Assembly (NCBI RefSeq): GCF_004010195.1
Contig: NC_057719.1
Location: 85,833,103-85,868,533, forward strand
Direction of reading: 5' to 3'
Origin: Chiloscyllium plagiosum
Lineage: Eukaryota
Length of the DNA: 35,431 nt
Below the pieces are notes generated by a model. That model had not been told where the DNA came from and searched no databases. It saw only the letters and a list, made by a program, of their open reading frames with translations. Of the stretch, positions 22,377-35,011 are shown piece by piece. The number at the start of each line of letters is the position of its first letter. The first letter of the stretch is position 1. Position numbers and translations under genes: made by a program.

Positions 22377-24609
22377 ACTGAATTCGCCCTGATGTAAAAA
22401 CCTGCCAAACAGAAGAGGAACTGCTCAAGCAGCCATGAACAGAAGACATCCATTGAATGATGTGTCTCAGGTAATGGATTGCATCACTTAATAATGATGG
22501 AGACAGTGTGATTGTCATGAAGGTGCTAGCCCCACAATCACACAGTGGCCACCTGGTGTCATCATAGCCCTGTGGAACACCGCTGGTGCCCTCATTTGAC
22601 AGTAACAGTGGACCAGCAGGAGCAATGCACTCCAATGAGTGAGAAGCACAGCGAGCCATGATGCACAGAAAGGCTGTTGGAGCTGCAACTTGGCATGTTT
22701 GAGCTTTCTCAAGGCACCCTAAGTATGATCAGGAACTCCCAGCCCCTTTGCCTATACATCCTCTAGCGGCAGTGGGTCATACAGAAATCTCCTACAGTGA
22801 TGCAACAGTCTTGAAAGAACCAGTCCTTCCAGGCCTAGAGCTGGCAGACACCTACCACAGTAACCTAAGTGGGATGAACAGCATTCTGCTCCCAGAACAT
22901 CTGAAAATGATGGGGAATACAGCTTGCTACTGTATCAAGAATCTGTGAGAAAGTTTGATTTCATGCGGTAATATAGGTGCAATGTAGCCAAAGGGATATC
23001 TTGCATTTCACAAAAATGAGTAATGCATATATGAATTTCAGTGCCAGTATCATGCCAGGTTTGTATGCCACATGCCTCCAGCATTCAAAAGTAAAACATG
23101 TGTCCAATGTTAAATGCCAATCTACCATTAATAAAAAATTGCTAAATAGTATTGAAAGGTGTAAGAAGTCATGTTAACAGCCAATTTCAGATTGTCAGGC
23201 CCACAGTGTGGTGAAGAAACTACATATATTAACACACAAGGCCCTGTTCCTTGCAGCCAGAAGGATAATGCACATATATTTCACCTCATTATTTAATGAG
23301 TGTTACCTACACAGTACAATTAGTAGCTAAGAGTAACTAACAATTACCGCTGTTACACCCCTGAGATTCTGTTTTAAATAGTCACACCTTGTGTTGTGAA
23401 ATTCTACTTGTACAATTTTCGTGCTTGTTCTGAACAAATGCGGCAAATTTTTCAAATGTTCCATTCTAAAAGAAATCTGTGTAAATGTGGATACTGTATT
23501 ATGCTGCAAAATTTCTCTTGAAGTCTCACAATCGATAAAAAGTTGTTGTATCAATTGCTTTTTAATTTTATTGTATTTACCAAGCAATAGGATTAAAATA
23601 TGTGAATCATTTCCTGGAAAACAATCTCACAATAATAGGTGACTCCAGTACTCTGCTTCATATCAGGAAATGCCATGATCAATAGGACCAACCTGCCTTG
23701 CTTATAATTTAAACAAAATCTGATAGTTAACTGTCACTATTATCTAACTGGTGCGCTCTCCATAGTAAATACCTCTACCAGTCAAAGTCCACTTGTCAAC
23801 CAATCAGCACTCTTTTCTCACACAGTCCAATCAATCTCTATTCTACCAAATGATTATTCATATGGATGATATTAATTAAAATTGTGTCACATCAAATGTT
23901 CTTTTGCTTTAAGGACCTCATGATGTTTCACCTTCAGGGATTAATGATATTTAACATTAAGTGGTTAAGAGGCACTAATTGCTTGGGATTCTTTGTGTTG
24001 ACCAAGGAAGATTGCACAAGAAGCATAGTTTAAATGATAAGGTACTGACATACAATCCATAGAGAAACTTCCTTTAAAACAATGAAAGTGGTATTGGTGA
24101 GAAGGAGGTAAAAATTACAATTGGAGATGCTAAAGAAGCATCCACAAAATGGATAAAAATGAAGGAACAGCTGTAGAAGCTTTTCAATCCATGCATAACC
24201 TACCACCAGTTCAGCATGAGATAATCTTAAACTTCATCACATGTTTAATCAGACTTTTGAAGAATGTGTATGTGCTTACGTATAGTCTTAATCATCTGTG
24301 TTGAAGGTATCAAGATCATTGGACTGGGGTTCATGAGGTCAGGGCCATGGAAACTGAGATAAAGCTCCCAGGGCCAACCATCAACCAGAGTCTCCCAATG
24401 GACAGGAAGCAGTGATACTCATTTGAATATGTCTAAAGTAGTTTAAGTCAATTGATTCATTCAATAGTTTGCAGACATCTCAAGTAGATTAAACTATTAA
24501 ATTTGCTTTATATCAAAACACAGGTATCTTTTTGTATTCATTTTGATCAGACTGTAAAGAACCCATTAGGCACTTTCAGTTTTAACAATCCAAATACTCA
24601 TGTGAAAAC

Positions 24610-24831
24610 ATTTTTCCTTGCAGTGCCAATTAACGTTTAATCTGTGCCCTCTGGTTCTCGATCCTTACATTAATGGGAACAGTTCATAGACATGTTTCTG
24701 TTCAAATGTCCTTTAATTTTGGATACCTCTCCACTTATACTCCTCTCTTCCAAGGAGAACAGTCTCAACATCATAAAACTATAGATGTAATAGAAGTTCC
24801 AGGGTGATTCTGCTGAATCTGTTCTGTCCTC
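24610..24831 (-). mobile_element. Old CR1 remnant (host of the solo LTR)
   Basis: tgccctctggttctcg, ttaattttggatacctct and ctcttccaaggagaacag are reverse CR1 C-terminal motifs. Confidence 0.55.
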
Positions 24832-25367
24832 TGTCACTTTTAAAAGGTTATTTTATCCTGGGTGTTTTTTGAAGAGAGATTGTAAAGGCAGAGACATTGA
24901 AGAGTCTACGGTGCTAGGTTTTTTTAAAAGTTTAATAATGGATGGGGTGTGGCCAATTCTCCTAGTTCAGGTTATTCTAGTTTTTCTACCTGTAGCAGTC
25001 ACAAGATCTTTTGAGTACCAGAAAGGTTGCAAGTTGCAGTAAAGGATTCCTAACTGACCTTATCTGAAATCTCTTTGGATGTTTTTTCCTTCTGCCTCTA
25101 AGAATCTGTGTTTGAATTTATCTTTTTGCCAAGGGGTATGTTATGGGATGTTACTATACTGAAACAGTTAATTAGTTAAGTATTTGGTTATGTTTTCCAA
25201 AAGTAAATTACTCTAACTTCCGCTTTCCTTCATTCATGTTTTAACTGTAGTGTTTAAACAAATTGTGTCTTGCACCTGGAACACCCATTTCACATCTACC
25301 TTTAAAATAAGTAAAAGTTAAGCTACCTTCTCAAGATATTTTGAGAGATCCAGCCTAGGCCATAACA
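24832..25367. mobile_element. Solo LTR (~536 bp)
   Basis: TGTCA...TAACA termini; 5-bp flanks tcctc/ccctc; interrupts a CR1 remnant. Confidence 0.7.
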
Positions 25368-25399
25368 CCCTCTCCCTCATGCCCTCAGATGAATACTAC

Positions 25400-26290
25400 C
25401 CATTTTGATGACTTTGAAGCATCAGCACAAAGATAAGTAGGAAAGTATGTAATAAAAAAAATAAGGAGTTTGCTGTCAGATATAGTGAGTTCAAATGATT
25501 TGGCAGAAATCTACACAATGGAACATTATGCAGGAAACTGTGAGGTTATATTGAAAAAGAAGAGTATTACTTAAAGTGGAAAATGACCTCAGAATTCTAA
25601 GGAAAAGAGGAATTTGAATGTTCCAGTGTATAGTTCACAAAATGTTAATATTCAGGTACACCATATAATCAAGAAAACTAGATGGCTGCTATACTTTGTC
25701 AAAAAAAGTATTGAACTTAACAATAGAGATGCCAAACTTGAGTTATACAGGACATTGATGAAATTGCATTTCCAATGCTGTGTGCAGTTTTAGTCTTCTT
25801 ATTTGAGGAAGAATATAAATGTGTTGGAGGTGGTGCAGTACAGGTTTACTACCATGATATCTAGAATGATTTGTTGTTTTAGGAGGAAGGATTGCACAGC
25901 CTTTGTTGCTTTCACTGGAATTTAGATGGGTGAGAAGTGACTTAATTGATGTGTATAAAATTCTGAATGGTCTAGACCAGGTGGACATGAAATAGATGTT
26001 TCATCTTGTGAGTGAGTCTAAAACTGAGGGGGACTAATTTCAAAGTAGATGTCATTATTTTAGGATAGAGATGCAGATATTATTTTTCTCTCAAAGGCTT
26101 GTGTGGCTTTGGAACTTTGCTTCATAAGTCATGGAGGGGCTGTATTAAATATCTTTAGGCTAAACATAGATTAATTCCTGCTTTCAATGCAATCAGACGT
26201 TATTGAGGTAGATAGAAACTTGGATTTTGAAACATAAGTAGGCCAGGCTTGATCTTATCAAGTGGCACAGTAGGTTGGAAGGCCTTGCAC
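25400..26290 (+). mobile_element. Old CR1 3' ~0.9 kb
   Basis: Degenerate LYRTL, CCVQF.S.YLRK.I..LEVVQ.RFT and SDLIDVYKILNGLD motifs. Confidence 0.8.
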
Positions 26291-28009
26291 TGAATACTTA
26301 TCTATTTGTTCTGAATTGGTTGCAGAATTTGGAATGTCCACATTTGATGCTTGGATTTATATTATGATCAGTCTAGTTGTTTTCTTATCCAGCTTTGTAT
26401 AGCAGGTTAGTGTAACTGTGTGGCTTGCCAGTGAATTAAAAGGCAACTGTATTGTTTGGAGTAACTGAGCAAGACTTGCTTACTTAATAGTATAAGTTAA
26501 CAAGATACATTTTCACAGTAATCAGATAGTTATATGGCTTAGCACAACTCTCACTAACTGAACACAATTTCCCCAGTTGCTTTATGATTTGACCTCACAG
26601 CTCAAGGATCATTAGTGCAGGGCCTTGCATTGACATAAAGTAACATGTAATCCTTTCCTTTAATTAGATGCCTTAATTGATTCATTCTGTAGAATGGATT
26701 GCTTTGAAGGGACCCAAAACAGAAGCCTTCAGAAACTTGTTCCACGCAAGTTTTTTTGAAAGGTCAGTGCATCACATTGAGTCAATAGTAACAGTTCAAT
26801 ATGTCCCAAGTGAAGAACACAATTTCATTTGAATGTGTGTCTTGAAGTCCTGTTGCCTTATAGATTTAGCTACATATCAAAAGTTGTATTTTGTTTCAGG
26901 CTGTACTCCTTCATATTCAAATCACAACTATCCCTTCTGTTTAATTCATTGCTACTTCTCTTCCAGGTATGCCCACCTTGAATAAGTTTTGTTATTCTCC
27001 CCAAAAGGATTTCTGTTTTCACCTTTTTGGCTTTTTCACCTTGATGACTTTCTATCTTCCAACTAGTGTTGGATAAATTGTTTAAGAAAACATACTTTCA
27101 CTATGACGTCTCTTTCCTCAGAGACTATTTCTGACTTGAAGGGTAATACCAGACTCTCCATTGGTGTTCCCAGGCCTGGGGAGATCTTCATTGTTCTGTG
27201 TTTTTATCACTCACTCATGTCCACATAAGAACACCATTCATCTGGATTAGTGAATGTAGGCCACCAAAACAATTACAGATTTCAAAGAACAGAATGTTCC
27301 AAATGCCTACTTTAATTGTTACACAGTTCCAAAATGATTACTGAGTTTCTACTTATGCAAATATATCAGGGAATATATTTTATGTAATGATGAATATTAG
27401 CAGAAGAAAACAAAATTTGATATCAGGATCCATTGCAGAATTTTTTAGCTCAATTCACAAGAACAAAACCATTTTCTTATTTCTTTCTTCCTCTTCCAAC
27501 AATGTTGGTTATGGGAAACCAAATATAACAAACACACTTGCAAAACTTTGAGGTGAAAAGAACAATAGATTAGTGGTATCATGCACATAGTATATGTACT
27601 GCGATTGGAGTTGAAGCGACAGGTTCTTATGAAATTTCCTATGAAAGAAAGAGTGCAGAGAATGTCAAAAACAATATTAATTAAGATAAGAGATTATGTA
27701 GTTAAATGGGTCGGTTTTTAACTTTTGCTTTCTAAACCTGCCTGTGAAAATTTCATGTCCAAGTCAGTGAATGAGGAGATTTGAACGGTACCAAACAGAC
27801 TACTTGATAATCATGATTATGAGAACCACCTACTTCATATAATTCAAATTCTGCTGAACCAGTATGTGAATGGAAGTCTCAACTAAGATATCATCTATAG
27901 TTGTGAATTTGTTCCATTATTCTCTCAGCATCACAGCTGGCATTCCCTTCCCCACCCCTCATGCCCCAACTTCTTAATTCATATTTCTTCACGCTCAACC
28001 CTCACCTCA

Positions 28010-28418
28010 TTCACAATATATATTAATGATTTCGATGAGGGAATGAAATATAATGTCTTCACATTTGGTGATGACACAAACCTGGGTGCAAAGACAAACA
28101 TTGAAGAGAATGCAGAGATGCTTCAGTGTGACTTGGACAAATTGAGTGTCTGGGCAAATACATGGTAGAATGTGAAGGGCAGATTATTCCCTGAATAGTG
28201 ATACATCAGCAAAGGGGGAGGTGGAATGAAACTTGGTTTTCCTTGTATACCAGTCACTGGAAGGAAGCGTGCAGGTTCAGCAAGCAGTAAAGAAGGCAAT
28301 TTGCATTTTAGCATTTACAGAGAGAGGATTTGAATATGGGAGCAGGGATGTCTTGCTGCAGTTGTGCCAAGTCTCAGTGACCACATCTGAACATTATGTG
28401 CAGTTTTAATCTCCTTAT
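28010..28418 (+). mobile_element. Old CR1 RT fragment (left part, resumes at 29892)
   Basis: FTIYINDFDEG...FGDDTNLG...VQF.SPY. Confidence 0.8.
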
Positions 28419-28560
28419 AGGAACAGAACTAGACTATTCATCTGCTCAAACCTATTCCACCATTCAATGTGATAATGACTGATCTGTGGCCTAACTCCAT
28501 ATAACTGATTTAATAACTTTTATTGACCCTGCTTGTGATCCATCAGGGTCACAATTTTGT
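28417..28560 (-). mobile_element. CR1 3' tail (end of the minus-strand CR1 at 29400-29891)
   Basis: ataggaacagaa...ccaccattcaatgtgataatgactgatct is a reverse CR1 terminus. Confidence 0.6.
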
Positions 28561-28629
28561 GATAGTCAAATTAGAATATAATGAAACTTCTCTTTTAGTG
28601 GCAATTCTTTAGTTCTTAGGATAAGGATC

Positions 28630-28921
28630 GGCAGCATGATGGCACAGTGGTTAGCACTGCTGCCTCGCAGCGCCAAGAGACCCGGGTTCAATTCCCTTCT
28701 CAGGTGACTCTCTGTGTTTGCGTGAGTTTCCTCCAGGTGCCCCGGTTTCCTTCCACAATCCAAAAATGTGCAGGTTAGGTGAATTGGCCATACTAAATTG
28801 CCTGTAGTGTTAGGTAAAGGGGTAAAGGTAGGAGAATGAGTTTGGGTGGGTTGTGGGTCAGTGTGGACTTGTTGGGCCAAAGGGCCTGTTTCCACACTGT
28901 TCGTTATCTAATCTAATCTAA
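28630..28921 (+). mobile_element. HE1-type tRNA-derived SINE
   Basis: TGGCACAGTGG (A box), GGTTCAATTCC (B box), tail ttgggccaaagggcctgtttccacactg(taatc)n. Confidence 0.9.
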
Positions 28922-29399
28922 CACATCATCTAACTGTTTGACCAGAATCTAAAAACTAACTGTGCGTGGTCAGGTTCACTCTGATGAGTCTTAGTCTTCT
29001 CTGAGTTCTGAAATCATGGTGATAGGTCTTGAGTTGTCACCTTTGATATCTACAATGTACCTTATTTTATATATTCTCTGCCACTGCTCCCAACTGTTGA
29101 TGTCACACCTCCCTAGCACTGGAGCTTCATAGTTCTGAGCTCATTTGTCCCAGGCTCATATATGCGGAGACATTTGTCTTATCAATTTTATATCACAGAA
29201 TTTGAAGAAACTTTAGCATTAGCCATTTTCCTCAGTCAGCGATCTAGTTTCACAGTCCCTTTTAGAGCAAGCGGACTAACCTACCTTTGTGAAGTTAGCA
29301 TTAGTTCCCATCATGCATCTTAAGTGTCAATTATTCGCTATGGGGCCAGTTACCCATAAGACCACACTTTGCTGAGCAAAAATGTATTTGTCTTGAATT

Positions 29400-29891
29400 T
29401 AAAGTTAACAACCAAGCTAGTATCAATTGCCATTTGTGGAAAAGTGTTCCAAATGTCTATCGACCCTTCACGTGTAGATGTGCATCTCTCCTGAATGGTC
29501 TGGCCCTACCTCTCAGACACTGCCTCCTGGTTATAGAATCCCCCAACTAATGGAAATAATTTATCTTTATCTACCTTGTCTTTTCTTATTAATATCTTGA
29601 AGACTTCAATCAGATTACTACTTGCTCTTCTAGATTCTAGGTAGAACAGGCCTAATTTCTATAATCTCTCCTCCTAACTCAACCCCTGAAATTCAGGTAT
29701 TTTTCTTGTAAACTAATGTTGTATTCCCTCCAAGGCAAAGATTTCCTTCTTAAGATATGGTGGCCAGATCTACTCACAATACTCCAAGTTGGGACAAACC
29801 AAGGTTCCATATAACTGCAGCATAATTTCTGCATCATTGTGTCATGTCCGCCAGATATAAAGGCCATCACTCCATTAGCCTTCTTGATCAG
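29400..29891 (-). mobile_element. Old CR1 C-terminal fragment
   Basis: IKKANGVMAFISG, frameshifted LEYCE.IWPPYL, LIEVFKILI. Confidence 0.8.
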
Positions 29892-30350
29892 TATCTGAGG
29901 AAGGATGTTCTGGCTCTGGAAGATGTGCAATGAAGGTTTACCAGATTGATTTTTGGGATGTCAGTATTGGCGTATGCAGAGAGACTGGATCAGTTAGAGC
30001 AATATTCACTGGAATTTAGAAAAATGACAGGGAACCTTGGAGAAAATTATGCATTTCTAACTGGACTAGTCAGGGTAAAAGGGATCCCACCAATGTACTT
30101 AAAGTCCAGAACCAGGAAGAGGAGAACTGTCTTCACCCAGACAATGGTGAGCTGTGGAATTCTCTATTACAGAAATTGATTGTGGCCAAAACATTGAATT
30201 GTTTGAAAAAGAAACCTTAGGGATAAAACACTCAAAGGGTATAAAGTGAAAGAAGGAGAAAGGTACTGATCAGCCATGATTATATTGAATGGAAGAGTAG
30301 GCTCAAAAAGCCAAATAACCTCCTCCTGTTATTGTTTTCCATGTTTCTAT
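29892..30350 (+). mobile_element. Old CR1 3' end (continuation of 28010-28418)
   Basis: YLRKDVLALE..RFTRLI, YSLEFRKM, tail ccatgattatattgaatgg...tgtttctat. Confidence 0.8.
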
Positions 30351-31541
30351 AGTTCTGCAAGAACAGTTGCATTGCTTTGACGAATATTTTGTTACTATGC
30401 CAAACATTCGCTTATTGACATCACCATTCTCTTAGTTTTGCAAACAAAATCCATGATCCTTCAAGTTCTCTTGAGCTTTATCATTAAAGGCACATTAGTC
30501 AGTTGTTTAATTACCTCCTTTTCCCCCTTCTTCCAACTTACTTTGTGCATGAGACCAGCATCCAATTTTTTTCAGTCATAATCCCACTGTAAACTACAAA
30601 CCACCCCTATTTTAAGCATCACCCACATGCTGGCTAATACTCAAATGTAAGCCATCTACTGTAGGCTTTTCCTCTTTCCTTTCCAATGTGTTGAAATTCT
30701 GCTCTCCTCAAGAATGCTAGCTTTCATCCCTCTATTTTGACATAATTCTGCCATCTCACCAAATCTCCTTCTCTCTGAAATCTAGATCAATCTTTGCTAT
30801 GAAGCAATCTTTGAGCATTCCAATTAAGATTTTGCCTCTATCTCAGCATAAAAATGATCTTAATCACATCCACAAAGATGCTGAGTGTAACTGTAATTGA
30901 ATGATTTTATCAATTATTATCTTCCAGGCACCTCTATGGTATTTGATAGTTTTCCCTTGTGTGTGTGCTAAAGCCCTTGCATTACGAGATGCTTGATCAC
31001 CAATTTACAGCCAGAGAATTTGGTGTAATCCTTCCTCATCCTTGCATGACTTTCTCTGGAGTCATATGAATTTATCCTTTGACCACTCCTGTTTCTTATC
31101 TAATCCAAAGAATTATCACATTGACAAAATGTCAAGTTCCACTTGAATGTTAATGTTACACAATGTTGTTCAGCTCTAATCACCACCATCACTCTCCTTC
31201 CCTCTGCTCCCTCTGAGTTGTCTGTAGATCTACCTGTCATTGAAACTCAAATCATATATAATTTCTCCTAATTAATTATTGGAAGGAAGAAGAAAGGTAT
31301 TTTCCTCAGTCCCTCTGTAAATTCTGCTCCTACCCCACCAAAGTCATCCTACTCAATTAACTTGAAATGACTTTTTTGTGATTAGATAGTCTCTCTTTCA
31401 CAAAGACCAACAAATGTAATTGCTGTTAATGTTTTAGACACATGATCCACGAGCTCTACTTTCTAATAACCAGGTAGAGAACTAGACAGTGAGGAAGGAT
31501 TGAACAAAACTGAAGGATATGATTGGATACCGCACAGGTAG

Positions 31542-31650
<109 letters not shown>

Positions 31651-32847
31651 CTGTACACAAAGTAGATGGATGGGTCAGTAAAGTAGTTGTAATTGTTATA
31701 TACATGATTTATTTATTACTTGTAACGTATTCTAACCTAAATAAAACTTATGCTTACATAATTGTGGAGGGATCTGAAATGTTTAATTTTATTATCACCT
31801 TGTTTCTTGGAGAATAGGGATTGTTTGAAGAATGGATCATGATTGCAATGTCCTGAGTGGAAGAGGTTGAACTGAATTGTTCAATATAAAGGGAATAATT
31901 GGGTCACTAGGGGTAGACAATGGACATTTGGTTAAAATTAAATGATTGGAGATGGGCTTACAAGAAAGTCAAGAATATATGGTTTTCATAACCACAATGG
32001 AAATTCATCTTTTATGTCGCTGTTATCTTCAAAACAATGTGCTAAAACCATCCCACTTCCTAGGAAGTGGTAGAGGCTTTGGAGAAGGGAGGCGGTAATT
32101 GAGATGGCGGGGGTAGGGGCGGTGGTGAAATAGATGCAGACATGGAAACGTAAGGAAATTGAGACAAAAAGAGCAGAGGAATAATCAAAACTATGAAGGC
32201 TACAAAGAAAGTACTTCCTCAACATTTCCGTATGTATTGTCACGCTCAGGGTTCCTCACATAAAGAAAAACTTCTTGAAATAAGCTGTGTCTCTGATAGA
32301 GAAATCTCAACCATACTTGTGAGAACCTGTTTGAATTTTCTGAACTGCCCAAGTAAGAACGAATAAAAGTTGTATTTTACTTTACTGGTAACCCTCTGCC
32401 AAGATGTCTTAAATATATTTGTACAGAGCGGCATTTAGTTTCATTTCTTAAACAGAAACAGTGCAGTATTGATGGCATTTTATTGGAAATGTATGAATCC
32501 ACATTATCTGCAAAATATATGCACACCTCACTTTGCGACGCCAGAATGCTGTAAAATGATTTTACTTTTATTGCCTTTACTCGTAAGTCGTTACACAATA
32601 GTTCTGTTTGAAGCTGCATTTGCCGTCTTTCTTAATGATTGCAATTCAAAGCTGCCTTGCTTTAAGAAGTCGTGATTATAGAAAATACCTGTAATGTTCG
32701 GACCTTCCCAATCATTGAGAAATAGTTCATTTATACAGTGTGTCACCGACTAACTAGGCGTCAAGCCTTGTTCTTTGCAACTTAAACGAGTAGAAGCAGT
32801 TAGTAGTCAAATGTATCTGCTGCTGGTAGATTTATGCGTTCGAATAA

Positions 32848-33413
32848 TAGAGTCATAGAGATGTACAGCATGGAAACAGACCCTTCGGTCCAACCTGTCC
32901 ATGCCGACCAGATATCCCACACCCAATCTAGTCCCACCTGCCAGCACCCGGCCCATATCCCTCCAAACCCTTCCTATTCATATACCCATCCAAATGCCTC
33001 TTAAATGTTGCAATTGTACCAGCCTCTACCATTTCCTCTGGCAGCCCATGCTATACACGTACCACACTCTGCGTGAAAAAATTGCCCCTTAGGTCTCTTT
33101 TATATCTTTCCCCTCTCACCATAAACCTATGCCCTCTAGTTCTGGATTCCCCCGCCCCAGGGAAAAAACTTTGCCTATTTACCCTATCCATGCCCCTCAT
33201 AATTTTATAAACCCCGATAAGGTCACCCCTCAGCCTCAGACGCTCCAGGGAAAACAGCCCCAGCCTGTACAGCCTCTCCCTATAGCTCAAATCCTCCAAC
33301 CCTGGCAACATCTTTCTAAATCTTTTCTGAACCCTTTCAAGTTTCACAACATCTTTCCGATAGGAAGGAGACCAGAATTGCACGCAATATTCCAACAGTG
33401 GCCTAACCAATGT
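32848..33413 (-). mobile_element. Young CR1/HER1-like LINE 3' end
   Basis: ORF 33051-33410 VRPLLEYCVQFWSPSYRKD...RGNFFTQ; ctatgactcta tail. Confidence 0.95.
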
Positions 33414-34124
33414 CGTTTTAACGGTCTTCCCAATGGCCTAGTTTAAGTAGTCAGATGGATCGCCTTCAAATACCAAAGAGAAGCCCTCGTTTAACTGTTG
33501 AGTTCGCAATTTACCGGGAAAGCGTTCGTGTAGAGAGCTGCGGGGCCATGCTGTGCATTCAATAGCCTTAAGGTCAAATGAGAATAAAGAACACGTTATA
33601 ATTTATAAGTTCCCCTCTAGTGGACTCGATAGTGAGCGACCCTAGTTTAGCACAGAGATCGGGTTCCACCATTAAGAGGTGTGGAAAATAGCGGAGGGCT
33701 TAGTTGCTTTAAGACCAACAGGTGGGAAATAGGAGAGCTGAATTTCTGGTGAGAGAAAAGCGAAGCGAAAATTGTAACGTGAATAGATATTTATATCCGT
33801 TTCTGCTGCAAAGCGCAAATGAATTCACAACCGACATAAACTCCTCTTACGCACAAGATGCTGAAAGCGTTTACCCAATCACTTAATCCATCAATTAAAT
33901 AATCAAAAGGAAATCCAGTATGGGCTGCTCATCGGTGCAATGGGATCGAATAACTGAAAAGCTTGGGTCGGATGTCTTTGCTGTGATTTAATAGCGTTTT
34001 CATTTGTGGGGTTTTATTTGGGAGAGAGCTGGATATTTATTATTTTACCTGAATGAATCACCAATATTTGAGACAGCAAATTAGACAGGGACCAAAGAAG
34101 GATGGGGGAAAGAAATAAAGTAAG

Positions 34125-34130
34125 TTTATT
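34125..34130 (-). terminator. Candidate polyA signal of the minus-strand paralog (alternatives at 34036-34041 and 34013-34018)
   Basis: AATAAA on the minus strand about 105 nt after the stop. Confidence 0.55.
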
Positions 34131-34234
34131 CACACCGACATTCGGAATACTGTCAATCTCACTCTACGACTCAAGAGTGATGCAAAGTGAACAAATAGAT
34201 GGTCACTCTTCGGTCCGGCGTCAGGAACTCTTGC

Positions 34235-34620
34235 TTATCTCGCGTGTTTTTTGGTCACTTTGTAAATACAGATCATCCCGTTGGTATGCACGAGCTCACT
34301 GTTGAATTTCCTTGTTACAAGCTCCCTGTGGAAAGTCTCGGTCCCCATTCTGGCGGGCATGTTAGTTGACAAGTAAATGGTAGTGTTTTCATTGCTGCAA
34401 TGCACAAGCGTCTGTATAAGACCTGGGAAGAGCGAGGGGCTGTACACAATATCCGACCCGAGAATGAAATCATAGTCGGAAGGGAAGTCATCCTGATCGG
34501 TGCCCCAATGAAGGGCACAGACTTTTGGATGATGTTTGGAGGCGTCTGGGATGTTAGCATTGACATTGTACTGTATTTGCTTCAAAACCTCTGTTACATC
34601 CGTAATGGTAACGTGTCCAC
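34235..34620 (-). CDS. EEF1AKMT3: Second EEF1AKMT3/METTL21B-like paralog, last coding exon (upstream exons expected beyond the window)
   Basis: ttttctcttctccag/GT GGA phase-1 acceptor at the same protein position as the + gene; GGHVTITD...ALHWG...YDFILGSDIVY...TIYLS; open to TAA. Confidence 0.9.
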
Positions 34621-35011
34621 CTGGAGAAGAGAAAACAAAGAAAGCAACATCAGCAATACCATCTGATCGCACTGAGTACAGGGTGCAAAATACATTGTGA
34701 TTAGCGGGAGTGACTATAATAGCATTGGACTGGACATTCGAGTATGGTGTGGACTTGCCCTAAAGAGGGGGGGGGGGGTGTGGGGAGTGATATCCTGTTT
34801 GTATACTGTGGCGCAAAGGGGTTCTGGTAACCTCTACACTCCTGTCCTATATACACGGGCTGCAATATTCAATAAGAGTTGACATACGCGTCATAAAATG
34901 GAATCATTCCATGCACAAATATGATGAAGGGAAGCAACATCATTTCTCTCATTCGATCTGCTTTCTCTTAGGCCTGGGTGTTTGAGTATTTATTCTCCTT
35001 GCTTTAAACTG

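Noticed and set aside
20150..23260. Possible Harbinger-like transposon or gene exons in unassigned GC-richer stretches
   Set aside because: No transposase motif, terminal repeats or coherent reading frame could be identified by eye.
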